Source: Deltaproteobacteria bacterium (GTDB taxonomy: Bacteria; Desulfobacterota; Binatia; Bin18). Taken from it: 64,000 bases of DNA. This document shows, piece by piece, positions 30,470-39,827 of the stretch. Numbering within the stretch: the stretch's first letter is position 1; every line of letters begins with the position of its first letter. Under the pieces are notes generated by a model. That model searched no databases. It had not been told where the DNA came from and saw nothing but the letters and a program-made list of their open reading frames with translations. The stretch spans positions 1,448 through 65,447 of the forward strand of contig JAYVFX010001253.1 of assembly GCA_043772795.1 (NCBI GenBank). The letters run 5' to 3'. Both the position numbers and the translations under genes were made by a program.

Positions 30470-30811
30470 TTGGGAGGGTATACAAGGGAGCAACAACGGG
30501 AAAAGAGGCTTTTAGTCCAGTATGGGCTCACACAGGCCCAGTACGATACTATGTTTGTGGCTCAGGAGGGGTGTTGCGCTATCTGTCGCAAAGTTCCGAA
30601 GCCAGAAACAATTCTCCATGTCGATCACTGCCATATAACAGATAAGGTTCGAGGTCTGCTTTGTAGTCAGTGTAATACAGGGCTAGGATGTTTTCGCGAT
30701 AGTGTGCATTCATTGCTTCGAGCAACGGCCTATATTGAAAAGACCGATACACAAAAGGTCCTCAGTAGACGCCTGCTAAACAGGATTTTTGGTAAGTTGA
30801 GAAAAGGTTAG
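30470..30811 (+). CDS. recombination endonuclease VII (HNH-fold Holliday junction resolvase)
   Basis: CAIC...HVDHCH...GLLCSQCN zinc/HNH signature of the Endo VII family. Confidence 0.6.
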   Translation: MGGYTREQQREKRLLVQYGLTQAQYDTMFVAQEGCCAICRKVPKPETILHVDHCHITDKVRGLLCSQCNTGLGCFRDSVHSLLRATAYIEKTDTQKVLSRRLLNRIFGKLRKG

Positions 30812-30911
30812 TGATCTTGTGAGGGAAACGGTGCGAACCTATATTGTTTGGCAAGGGTGCCGACCGTAGGCCCCCGGCGGTACCCTGTAGGTTACAGGGG
30901 CAGGAGGGGTT

Positions 30912-31145
30912 ATGAAAATTCGCGCGCTGGTGCAGGTGCATGAGAAGAGAAGGACGTCGTACAATCAGGGTCAGGAAAGCGTCATCATGCACCCGGTACA
31001 TGCGGGTAGCAAGATTCCTGAAGCGGAGACATTTAGTTCCGCGACGCCGAGCGGGGAGATTACCCTGCTCATGAAACAGGACGTAGCGGATCACTTCGAA
31101 CTGACGAAGTTCTACTACGTTGATTTTACACCGGCCGAGCAGTAA
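30912..31145 (+). CDS. hypothetical protein
   Basis: 77-aa ORF with GGAGGGG before the ATG. Confidence 0.25.
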   Translation: MKIRALVQVHEKRRTSYNQGQESVIMHPVHAGSKIPEAETFSSATPSGEITLLMKQDVADHFELTKFYYVDFTPAEQ

Positions 31146-31220
31146 CGGCTAGCCGGGTCGGTTGCTTGGCGGAGCTTTAATTGGCTTCAAGCGGTCGATG
31201 CGGCACCCACGAAGGAAGTA

Positions 31221-31445
31221 ATGTCACAAGAGCAGGCAATCAAAACTGTCTACGCCCTCCGCCACCGTGCTGAGAATAATCAGCATAAGTGCAAGTGTGA
31301 GGAATGTCTTGCCATTAAGCAGGTCTGCCACCTAGCCAGACAAGCACTCTCCCAACAGGAAGCCAATGAACGTCGAAGACGCCGTCCAGGTGGTCCGAGG
31401 CCATCCAGACTACCGGGTTTTGGAAAAGTTCAGCCCGGTCAATAG
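31221..31445 (+). CDS. hypothetical Cys-rich small protein
   Basis: HKCKCEEC...C motif; overlaps the next ORF if that ORF starts at 31366. Confidence 0.2.
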   Translation: MSQEQAIKTVYALRHRAENNQHKCKCEECLAIKQVCHLARQALSQQEANERRRRRPGGPRPSRLPGFGKVQPGQ

Positions 31446-32250
31446 CTATAAAAGGATGGATGATAGGCCTCTAAAGGTTGGGGCTTATGTTGATACGGAG
31501 ACAACCGGCGTTGACACCCGTAAAGACAATATCATCGAACTCGCTATAGCCAAGTTCCGGTACGATGATGACGGCCAGATTTATATCGTTGGCAACGGCG
31601 ATTCTTTTCTCAATGATCCCGGCGTCCCACTAGATGAGAAGATTCGTAGTGTAACAGGCATTACGGATGAGGATGTCAAGGGGCAGGTGATTGACGCCCG
31701 TAACGTGGATGATTTGCTGTCGGACGTTGATCTAGTTCTGGCCCACAATGCCGGCTTCGACCGACGGATGTGCGAACGGTACTTCCACAGATTTGCCGAG
31801 CTTCCGTGGGCCTGTGCCCAGAATGATATTCCGTGGCGCCGGGAGTTTGGTTCGCCGGGTCTGGCCCTAGAAGTCATTGCCACATTTGTCGGCGGCATCT
31901 TTTACAACGCACACCGAGCCCTGATTGATTGCCAAGTCGGCATTCACATGCTGAACGCCAAGGACCGCGGCGGCAAAAGTGCCTTGCTGTACGCCATCCA
32001 TGCCGCGAGTGAAGACAGCCTCCGCGTGTGGGCCATTGGCTCCCCGTTCCATACCAAAGACATGCTCAAAGAGCGTGGCTATCAATGGAATGATGGACGG
32101 GATGGTCGCCCCAAAGCGTGGCACCGTAACATGGGGCAGGATAATGAAGACATTCAGGAGGAAATCACATGGCTCCGCACCAACGTAGGAGCCTACCCAG
32201 AGGTGACCAGTACCTCAGCGCTGGACCGTTATAGTGTTCGGGAACAGTGA
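31366..32250 (+). CDS. DnaQ-like 3'-5' exonuclease (DEDDh)
   Basis: Exo I YVDTETTG, Exo II LAHNAGFDRRM, Exo III YNAHRALIDC; alternative start ATG 31456. Confidence 0.6.
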   Translation: MNVEDAVQVVRGHPDYRVLEKFSPVNSYKRMDDRPLKVGAYVDTETTGVDTRKDNIIELAIAKFRYDDDGQIYIVGNGDSFLNDPGVPLDEKIRSVTGITDEDVKGQVIDARNVDDLLSDVDLVLAHNAGFDRRMCERYFHRFAELPWACAQNDIPWRREFGSPGLALEVIATFVGGIFYNAHRALIDCQVGIHMLNAKDRGGKSALLYAIHAASEDSLRVWAIGSPFHTKDMLKERGYQWNDGRDGRPKAWHRNMGQDNEDIQEEITWLRTNVGAYPEVTSTSALDRYSVREQ

Positions 32251-32522
32251 CCCCTATTACCCCTATTACGTGTAGGTTATAGTAGGGGTGAAAAAATTAA
32301 TTTTTTAGAACTCGGGAACACCCAATAAGGTAATAGGGACACGACCTAAGTCGTTGTAGTATAATGGGATAGGACCCTATTAGGTCTACTAGACAGACCC
32401 AATCGTACGGTAATAGGACCTAATACGTTTTCCACGGAAGGGTAAGGCGCACCACCTTACAGTCAGAATTGTGTGGTTGGACAGGTAGTCTGCCCGTGTC
32501 ACGTTATACCTAAACAGGTATT
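32251..32522. repeat. iteron-like intergenic region: at least 5 copies of CCCTATTAC / GGTAATAGG in both orientations plus an AT-rich tract
   Basis: Tandem CCCTATTAC x2 at 32252-32269; inverted copies near 32329, 32409; variants CCCTATTAGG near 32385 and CCTAATAC near 32418; GAAAAAATTAATTTTTTAG; TATAAT at about 32361. Confidence 0.5.
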
Positions 32523-32810
32523 ATGACTAAGAAAAAGGGCTCCAATGACGCAGGCAGGACACGTGCAGGAAGGTATTATGATCCTGGCCGTAACCCAGCC
32601 CCAGTCAAGAAACTCTCCGCGGAAGGTGCCCTGCCCGGTCCTGTCCTCAACAGTCGACCCCACCGGAGACAACGGGCTAGGATGACGTTCATTCAGCAGT
32701 TTGAGCTCGCACGGGAAATGGGGTTTCCACGCCCCACAAAGCCTGCTGAAGCTATTGGCCACGAACTAGGTTGGGTCAAATGCTGGGAACGCGAGTACGC
32801 CAAGCTATGA
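32523..32810 (+). CDS. hypothetical basic protein
   Basis: 95 aa, Arg/Lys-rich; stop overlaps the helicase start. Confidence 0.3.
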   Translation: MTKKKGSNDAGRTRAGRYYDPGRNPAPVKKLSAEGALPGPVLNSRPHRRQRARMTFIQQFELAREMGFPRPTKPAEAIGHELGWVKCWEREYAKL

Positions 32811-34336
32811 CCCGTCCCCAGTTTGACCCAGACCTTTCTGCTCCATACTGGCCGCACCAATTAGAGCAAGACCCGCAGATTCGGGTTCTTGATAGTGCTG
32901 CCCGTTTTTGGGCCACCGGCACAGGTAAGAGCCGTAGTGACATTGAGGACACGGCATGGCTGTATTCGCAGGGTCTGATCAACGCCGCCATGATTATTGC
33001 TCCTTCAGAGGTTCACCGCCGGACGTGGGTCAATAAGGAACTTCCCAGATGGCTTCGAATGCCGGATGCGAAGTACATTGACTATAAGGCCAAGTCCAGT
33101 TGTGCGCCGTGGGAGTACAATGAGCTCGAGGCCTTGGTCGAACATCCCGGTCTCAAGATCATAGTGATGTACTATGAGGCTCTATCATCTAAGTCTGGTT
33201 ACGACTTTGCTGCCCGGTTCCTGCGCAGTGTAGGACTGTCCAAGATTACACTGGACGAGTCTCACCGCATCATGTCCCCAAGCTCACTCGTCAGCATTCG
33301 CGCGCGCAAGCTTCGTGGTGAGTCTGCTGTCCGTCGCATTATGACCGCCACCCCCACGGCACAGGGCTTGGAGGATCTGTACACCCAGTACGCCTTCCTC
33401 GACCCCGCTATTTTGGATGTAGCTACCAATGCGGAGTTTCAAGGCATGTACATCCACAAGGTCAAGGTCAAGGGAACGAATTTCTTTACAACGGTAGGAT
33501 ACAGAAACGTCAAGTACCTCAATAAGCGCATTGCCTCGGTCACCTTTATTGCTAAGGATCCACCGGGCATGCCAAAGCAGTCTTGGAATGAGGTACCGAC
33601 CACTCTTTCTGATGAACAGTGGAAGGCCTATCGGGAGATGAAACGGGACTACCAGACGCAACTGCGAACTGGAGACTGGGTTGACGGCGAACTAAGTATT
33701 GTCCGCCTCAAAAGGCTCCAGCAGATTGTGGCGGGGCACCTTCCAGTTCCTGATCCCAATAATGAACGTAAGAACAGACAGATTATATCTCTTGACTGTC
33801 CCCGTGTGCGGGATACTCTTGACGTGGTCCGTGGCTGCCCCCATAAGGTAATCCTCTGGGCACAGGAACACTATGAGATTGAGCGTCTGTTCACGGAACT
33901 AAAGCTCGCCGGTGTTGGAGCTGCAATGTATTACGGCCGCATCAAGAAAGGCGTCGCCCGTGACCGTAACATCGAACAATTCGAAGAGGATCCGACATGT
34001 AAGGTTCTTGTCGCCAACGACGCTATCGGTGGGACTGGACTCACCATCGTTGGGCGTGTGAAGGGTGAGCCGGTCAAGAATCAAGTGTTCTACAGCCATA
34101 CATGGTCCCGTATTCTCCGCATCCAGTGTGAGGGTCGGAACAAGCGGGTTGAGAATGAGGCGGATAGTATCATATACACTGACATGATAGCGTATGGCAC
34201 GACAGACATCCGTATTCGGAACCGCCGCAACCAAAAAGATGACATTGCCCAGTTGGTAGCGAATCCTAGTGAGATTGCTAAGCTTCTTGACGAGGATTTG
34301 GACTATGTCATCGACGGGACCGTCCTTAATGTCTAG
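32807..34336 (+). CDS. SNF2/DEAD-like superfamily-2 helicase
   Basis: Walker A GTGKS; DExH box LDESHRI; C-terminal helicase domain; ATGA-coupled start at 32807. Confidence 0.6.
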   Translation: MTRPQFDPDLSAPYWPHQLEQDPQIRVLDSAARFWATGTGKSRSDIEDTAWLYSQGLINAAMIIAPSEVHRRTWVNKELPRWLRMPDAKYIDYKAKSSCAPWEYNELEALVEHPGLKIIVMYYEALSSKSGYDFAARFLRSVGLSKITLDESHRIMSPSSLVSIRARKLRGESAVRRIMTATPTAQGLEDLYTQYAFLDPAILDVATNAEFQGMYIHKVKVKGTNFFTTVGYRNVKYLNKRIASVTFIAKDPPGMPKQSWNEVPTTLSDEQWKAYREMKRDYQTQLRTGDWVDGELSIVRLKRLQQIVAGHLPVPDPNNERKNRQIISLDCPRVRDTLDVVRGCPHKVILWAQEHYEIERLFTELKLAGVGAAMYYGRIKKGVARDRNIEQFEEDPTCKVLVANDAIGGTGLTIVGRVKGEPVKNQVFYSHTWSRILRIQCEGRNKRVENEADSIIYTDMIAYGTTDIRIRNRRNQKDDIAQLVANPSEIAKLLDEDLDYVIDGTVLNV

Positions 34337-34493
34337 TCTACAGGGGGTTGCTATTGTGTGACCCTGTACCACTATGTTACCTTGGTATTTCACCCCACCA
34401 TCGGTTGCCCCGGCAGACGGCTTAACCTTAATGAAATAGTCTGCCAACGGTTTTTCACACGAAGGAAGTATCCACATCGCACCCCCACACAGG

Positions 34494-35333
34494 ATGTCCA
34501 AAGCGCTAGTAGTGCTTTCTGGAGGGCAGGATTCCACAACCTGCCTTTTTTGGGCTGTCAATAAATATGGCGTAGAGAATGTATCCGCCGTAACATTTGA
34601 CTATGGTCAACGGCACCTCCGGGAGATTGAGGCTGCCTCAATAGTGGCCACACTGGCTGGGATTACACGCCACGAACTTGTGGTGATCGGTCCCATTCTT
34701 GCCGGTAAGTCACCACTGATCAATCCAGCGGAGCCACTGGAGGCTTACAACAGTTTCCCGGAAATGGACGCTACCATTGGGTCCCGTGTCGAAAAGACAT
34801 TTGTGCCGATGCGTAATGCCCTGTTTCTGACCCTAGCCGCTAACAGGGCGGCGGTCATGGGCTCCCGCAATCTGGTCACCGGAGTGTGTCAGGCGGACAA
34901 TGCTAACTATCCGGACTGCACCCAAGACTTTGTATTTCGGATGCAGGATCTGATCAATCAAGCCTTGGGCTATACGGAGTATGATGACCCGTGGATTCAC
35001 ATCGATACTCCATTGATTTTGCTTTCCAAAGCTAAGTCAATCAATCTCGCGTTGGATATCCCCGGCGCGTATGGGGCACTGGCCTACAGTCATACGTCGT
35101 ATGACGGTGCCTACCCGCCCACTGGCAAGGACCACGCTACTACACTCCGTGCGGAGGGGTTTAGAGTGGCGAATTGGCCGGACCCTTTAGTTCTTAGGGC
35201 AAAGTCGGAAGGACTGATGGAGTTACCTAATACGGATAACTACGCCACCGATAGGATTTCTGAAGCCCTGCGGGTGATTGGGGAAGACCTTGCCCTCGTT
35301 GCGGGTATTTCTCGGTGGTGGAAGGATCTATGA
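34494..35333 (+). CDS. queC: 7-cyano-7-deazaguanine synthase QueC (variant lacking the Zn-Cys cluster)
   Basis: PP-loop [44 protein letters not shown] match QueC; the C-terminal CxxCxxC region is replaced. Confidence 0.8.
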   Translation: MSKALVVLSGGQDSTTCLFWAVNKYGVENVSAVTFDYGQRHLREIEAASIVATLAGITRHELVVIGPILAGKSPLINPAEPLEAYNSFPEMDATIGSRVEKTFVPMRNALFLTLAANRAAVMGSRNLVTGVCQADNANYPDCTQDFVFRMQDLINQALGYTEYDDPWIHIDTPLILLSKAKSINLALDIPGAYGALAYSHTSYDGAYPPTGKDHATTLRAEGFRVANWPDPLVLRAKSEGLMELPNTDNYATDRISEALRVIGEDLALVAGISRWWKDL

Positions 35334-35923
35334 GGGATTATTCCCCGGTATCCCTCAAGGTAGCAGAGGATGCTGTCCGCACCCTATTATGCTTCATTGG
35401 CGAAAACCCTGATAGAGAAGGGTTAGTTGAGACGCCCATGCGTTTCCTAAAGGCTTGGGACGAGTGGGCTGCGGGGTATGAAAAGGACCCTCTCCGAATT
35501 CTCAAGACCTTCGTCGACGGTGCCGAGAACTGCGACGAAATGGTGATTGTGACCAACATACCAATCATCAGCAAGTGCGAACATCACCTTGCGGATATTA
35601 CCGGCTGGGCGCACGTCGGTTATATTCCTAATGGCAAGATTGTCGGACTCTCCAAACTGGCGCGCATAGTGGATCTCTATGCCCGACGTCTACAGGTTCA
35701 GGAGCGTCTAACAAACCAAATTGCCGATGCCTTGGTTGAGGGTCTAGCTCCCAAGGGAGTTGGGGTTGTCGTGAAGGCCACACACGCCTGCATGTCCAGT
35801 AGAGGCGTTGGCATTCAAGGTGCTCTCACAATTACATCCGCCATGCGTGGCGCGCTGCTTGAAAAGCCGGCAGCCCGTGCCGAGTTCCTATCACTGTGTG
35901 AATCTGCGGAGAGACAAAAGTGA
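35315..35923 (+). CDS. folE: GTP cyclohydrolase I
   Basis: ETPMRF..., zinc-site [43 protein letters not shown] motifs. Confidence 0.8.
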   Translation: MVEGSMRDYSPVSLKVAEDAVRTLLCFIGENPDREGLVETPMRFLKAWDEWAAGYEKDPLRILKTFVDGAENCDEMVIVTNIPIISKCEHHLADITGWAHVGYIPNGKIVGLSKLARIVDLYARRLQVQERLTNQIADALVEGLAPKGVGVVVKATHACMSSRGVGIQGALTITSAMRGALLEKPAARAEFLSLCESAERQK

Positions 35924-36077
35924 ACAAGTCTCTCTTTACAGGACGGGACGGTGAGACGCAAAAAGGCGGTTTCTTAAAGTCCGGCGAGTGCAAGCACTGT
36001 CACACAGTCAAGACACAGGTCCAGTTCTGGCACCTGTGGTGGTGTCCACTAATCAAGTTCATGAGGGTTCTAGACTG

Positions 36078-36581
36078 ATGCACACCTGTTTGATATCACG
36101 GGAAATTGGCATAGACATGGGTCACCGCGTGACCCATCATGAGGGCAAGTGCAAGAACCTGCACGGCCACCGCTATACCATTCAGGTTACTTTGGAGGGG
36201 TCCGTTGCCTCCAAGGGATCACAAGATGGTATGGTCCTGGATTTTGGGTTCTTAAAGGAACTCATGATGGACCTGATCGATGCCCCATGCGATCACGGCA
36301 CCTGCCTGTGGGTAGATGACCATGAACTCGCCCACGCTCTTGGACCCGGCTATGGGGGCGCGCGTAAGCAAGTCCTCGCAAACGGGTATGCTCTGACTCA
36401 ATGGGTGTGGGGCAAGCTGTATGTTCTAGACCGCGTACCCACGGCGGAGAATCTCGCCTACCACTGGTACTGTCGACTGGCGGAGCCCGTAGTAGAGCGT
36501 AGCCACGGCCGTGCCCGTATCCAGTCTATCAAGGTCTGGGAGACCCCGAACTGTTCTGCGGAATACAAACCCGGTCACTGA
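36078..36581 (+). CDS. queD: 6-carboxy-5,6,7,8-tetrahydropterin synthase QueD
   Basis: HH...CKNLHGHRY (CxxxHGH) PTPS/QueD signature; aligns to the E. coli QueD N-terminus from ATG 36078. Confidence 0.75.
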   Translation: MHTCLISREIGIDMGHRVTHHEGKCKNLHGHRYTIQVTLEGSVASKGSQDGMVLDFGFLKELMMDLIDAPCDHGTCLWVDDHELAHALGPGYGGARKQVLANGYALTQWVWGKLYVLDRVPTAENLAYHWYCRLAEPVVERSHGRARIQSIKVWETPNCSAEYKPGH

Positions 36582-36597
36582 TTTCCAACAGGTTATG

Positions 36598-36960
36598 AAC
36601 ACAGTGAACATTTTCCGTTCCAGACTCACCGTCGTTGCTGATAATAGCACGCCGGGGTCTAGTGGTCGGCTTTGTCTTCAACTCCCGGAGGAGATGGCCG
36701 GGTATGTTGGCCAGCGGATGAAGACCGTGGGCAGTTTCGGCAAGGACGGGGCGGTCATGTTTATCGTATCTGGAGAGGGACTGAAGGTAACGGCAAATCA
36801 CCAGATCTGGTTCAAGAATGGTGTACGTGACCACAATGTCCGGGAGAACTGGAAGAACGTGGTGTACATCCTTGAACAAAATCTCTTTGTGGTCACGATG
36901 TACGTGAAGATGGATACACCTGTTCCCGATTTGCCACCAGTGCAGGAGACATTGTTTTAA
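36598..36960 (+). CDS. hypothetical protein
   Basis: Internal ATG of table ORF 36511..36960. Confidence 0.25.
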   Translation, partial: NTVNIFRSRLTVVADNSTPGSSGRLCLQLPEEMAGYVGQRMKTVGSFGKDGAVMFIVSGEGLKVTANHQIWFKNGVRDHNVRENWKNVVYILEQNLFVVTMYVKMDTPVPDLPPVQETLF

Positions 36961-37244
36961 TGCCACGACAAATTAAGCCATTTGAAGCCTATGGCATAAC
37001 GAGAACTCCTATGGGCGTAATCCATATTCTTCCAGTGGGACAGCAATCTGTTCTCTGCCGTAACAAGTCTCAGTCTTTAGGTACTTGGACTCAACCATCA
37101 GTGAGCTTGAAGTGGGATAAAGTTTCCTCCGTTGTAAACTGTGAAGAGTGCGCGAAAGAGCATATAAGGTATATTCGGCAGCAAAGGATAGATGCTCATA
37201 ATGCATACCGCAGACGTGTTCGAAAAGACAGAAATTGGAAGTAG
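36960..37244 (+). CDS. hypothetical small Cys-containing protein
   Basis: 94 aa; C..C...CEEC pattern. Confidence 0.25.
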   Translation: MPRQIKPFEAYGITRTPMGVIHILPVGQQSVLCRNKSQSLGTWTQPSVSLKWDKVSSVVNCEECAKEHIRYIRQQRIDAHNAYRRRVRKDRNWK

Positions 37245-38159
37245 ATGAAAATCTACTTAGCAGGTGAGCGTGAGGGTTCCCGGAATGATACCATCAATAT
37301 TTGGCGCAATGCCAAACGTCGGTTGTTCTCCTATTATTATCACGGATATAAGACGGGTGGTACACCGTCTCAGCATATAGAAGGCGCTCGGACGATGGAT
37401 CTCGAATTGTTTCTTGACAGTGGGGCATTCACGGCGTTTACAAAGAAGGAGCAAATTCCAGTGGAGAATTATGCCAACTTCGTCAAGGAAACGGAAGGCT
37501 ACTGGTCGGTCTGCTCATCACTTGACGTTATTGGAAGTGGAGAAGCGGCTGCTGCAGCTTCGTACAATGTCTTCAAGCAGTTACGGGGATTGGGTGCTGA
37601 TGTTATCCCAGTTTTTCACGTCAGAGAACCTGACCACTGGCTACAAAGATATATCGACGAGGGCTATGATTATGTGGCCATCGGAGGTATGGTTCCGGAG
37701 TCTACGTCGTGGCTAATGGACCGGCTGGATCACCTGTGGGGGATGGTAATGACCAACCCCAACGGGAGCCCCAAGATCAAGACGCACGGATTCGGATTAA
37801 CCGTGTTTTCCTTGATGTTCCGTTATCCGTGGTTCTCCGTAGACTCGACCTCGTGGTTAATGACGGGCGTCTATGGGGCCTGTGTGCTCCCTACGTCAGC
37901 CGGCATCAAGCGCGTGTTCTTTTCGGAGCAATCACCACAAGCAAGGAAGCTCGATGGCTGGCATTACCATGCCTTAACACTAGTACCCGACGATCCTCGG
38001 AAAGCCTTAGTCGATTCAGTGCTCGAGAAATACGGCGTCACTGCGGCCCAGTGTGGTGAGACCTATCAGTATAGGGATATGGTCAATGCGGCGGTCTACC
38101 AAGACCTAGAGTCCATGGGCGTGAACGAGTTTCACATCCGGCAGGAGACGCTGTTCTAG
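37245..38159 (+). CDS. dpdA: DpdA-like DNA-guanine transglycosylase (TGT family)
   Basis: MKIYLAGER..., FLDSGAFTAF catalytic-Asp region, HGFG; embedded in the queC/folE/queD/queE cluster. Confidence 0.55.
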   Translation: MKIYLAGEREGSRNDTINIWRNAKRRLFSYYYHGYKTGGTPSQHIEGARTMDLELFLDSGAFTAFTKKEQIPVENYANFVKETEGYWSVCSSLDVIGSGEAAAAASYNVFKQLRGLGADVIPVFHVREPDHWLQRYIDEGYDYVAIGGMVPESTSWLMDRLDHLWGMVMTNPNGSPKIKTHGFGLTVFSLMFRYPWFSVDSTSWLMTGVYGACVLPTSAGIKRVFFSEQSPQARKLDGWHYHALTLVPDDPRKALVDSVLEKYGVTAAQCGETYQYRDMVNAAVYQDLESMGVNEFHIRQETLF

Positions 38160-38575
38160 TGAAAACTGTTTACCTTGCTGGCCCAATCGCCGGCTGCACG
38201 GATGAGGAAAACTACGGCTGGCGCCGCGAGGTCAAACTCAAGCTCCGGGATCAGCTCCGATTCCTGGATCCCACGGACCGAGACTACCGTGGCTATGACC
38301 GTCATACTGGTGCTGGTCTCATGCGACCGGAAGATTGCACCAAGCTCGTAGAGGACGATATTGCCGATATTAAGGCATGCGACATCATGTTCGCGTATGC
38401 GTGGAAAACATCTACGGGAACGTCGATGGAGTATGTCTACGCCAGGAAATATCTCAAGATCGTTGTGTCTGTGTGCCCGGAACAATACATTAGTCCTTGG
38501 ATCCAGTACCACTCGGACTATGTAGTTAAGGGCCTTCGGGAAGGTATATCGGTTCTTTTTGATCTTAATTTCTAA
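38159..38575 (+). CDS. nucleoside 2-deoxyribosyltransferase-like protein
   Basis: GTG start; VYLAGPI motif characteristic of the NDT/Rcl fold. Confidence 0.45.
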   Translation: MKTVYLAGPIAGCTDEENYGWRREVKLKLRDQLRFLDPTDRDYRGYDRHTGAGLMRPEDCTKLVEDDIADIKACDIMFAYAWKTSTGTSMEYVYARKYLKIVVSVCPEQYISPWIQYHSDYVVKGLREGISVLFDLNF

Positions 38576-39579
38576 TGGCCACCATCAAAGATTGTGATCT
38601 CCTGGCCCGCGTTAAGTGGATTACTGATGCGGTATCCAGTACTAACCTTGGGTTGCCAGCGCTTCATAGCTACCTTATCCGTGGCGGTAATATCCATGCA
38701 ACTGACGGTCGGATGGTGGTGGGTACACCATTTCCCTTCGAGGGTGATGTACTGGTGCCCGCCAAAGAATTCGAGCGGGTACTTGCTAACCGTCCCGATG
38801 GCGACTTCTCTTGGGAATTCGAAACAGACCGAATTGTTCTTAAACGAGGCCGCTTTCGCGGACGCATTAAAACATTATCAACTGAAGCATGGGTCTATCC
38901 CACTAGTCTTCCCGACGGTCTTTCTGATCTCCCCGAAGGTCTTATAGAGTCATTGCGGTGTCTCCTCCCCTTTTGCTCCGAAAACGCGACAAAGCCGTGG
39001 GCCACTTGTATCGGCATCATCGGTCCCTACCTGTACGCCTCCAATAACATCGTCGTAGCCCGGACTCGCTGCACGACTGGGCTAGCAGTCCCTGAATTCC
39101 TCCTACCACGGTGGGCGGCAGAGTTTGTAGTCAAGAGAGAGGAGGGTCTGGTGGCGTGGGCTTGTGAAGATACCAAGGCTACGTTCATGTGGGAGGACGG
39201 GTCTTGGATGCGGAGCAACCTAGTTGACGCTCAGTACCCACCTGTTCAGAAAGTTCTGGACGCTCATTTTAAAGGCGACATAGATGTTGAGATTACTGAT
39301 GCGTGGCGCAAGACAGTTCTTCGTGTCGGTCGTACTACAGAGGACCCCGTCATTAGGCTTCGCGCTGACGAGGTGCGTGGTGCTAATGGTGAAGTTCTTT
39401 CTGTTGAAGATGAGGCAGGTACGCCTTGCCCAGAGGGACTCGAAGAAACAGTTTGGGATCTTCGCTACCTTGAGGACGTTATTAAGATCGCCACTCATTG
39501 GAATCCCCGGACCTACCCCGCCCCCGCCCCGTGGCGAGGAGAGTGGGTCGAAGGAATCATAGCGGCACGCCGCGATTAA
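38575..39579 (+). CDS. DnaN-like DNA polymerase sliding clamp (putative)
   Basis: N-terminal pattern parallels beta-clamp domain I (LL..V..AV....P.L....L.......ATDG...V...........VLVPAKEF..VL..LPDG); 334 aa. Confidence 0.45.
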   Translation: MATIKDCDLLARVKWITDAVSSTNLGLPALHSYLIRGGNIHATDGRMVVGTPFPFEGDVLVPAKEFERVLANRPDGDFSWEFETDRIVLKRGRFRGRIKTLSTEAWVYPTSLPDGLSDLPEGLIESLRCLLPFCSENATKPWATCIGIIGPYLYASNNIVVARTRCTTGLAVPEFLLPRWAAEFVVKREEGLVAWACEDTKATFMWEDGSWMRSNLVDAQYPPVQKVLDAHFKGDIDVEITDAWRKTVLRVGRTTEDPVIRLRADEVRGANGEVLSVEDEAGTPCPEGLEETVWDLRYLEDVIKIATHWNPRTYPAPAPWRGEWVEGIIAARRD

Positions 39580-39581
39580 TG

Positions 39582-39827
39582 CCCATGATAGAAGAATCTA
39601 GATGCTTGGCATGTAATGTCAAGTTTCTTTGGGATCCAGCCAAAGAAGCAAAAGCCGCAAGACTTCTCTGTTCCGGGGACTGGGAAGGCATGCGCAAGTA
39701 TTATGTGAAACATGGCTTCGTGATTACGGGCCAGCGGTACTTTGACGACCATGTCTGGAACTACCTCACCCACCTAGAGGCCATGAGGCGGAAAAATGTT
39801 CGGGCAGAATCCAGTAGCAAAGAATGA
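39582..39827 (+). CDS. hypothetical protein
   Basis: Internal ATG of table ORF 39498..39827. Confidence 0.2.
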   Translation, partial: PMIEESRCLACNVKFLWDPAKEAKAARLLCSGDWEGMRKYYVKHGFVITGQRYFDDHVWNYLTHLEAMRRKNVRAESSSKE

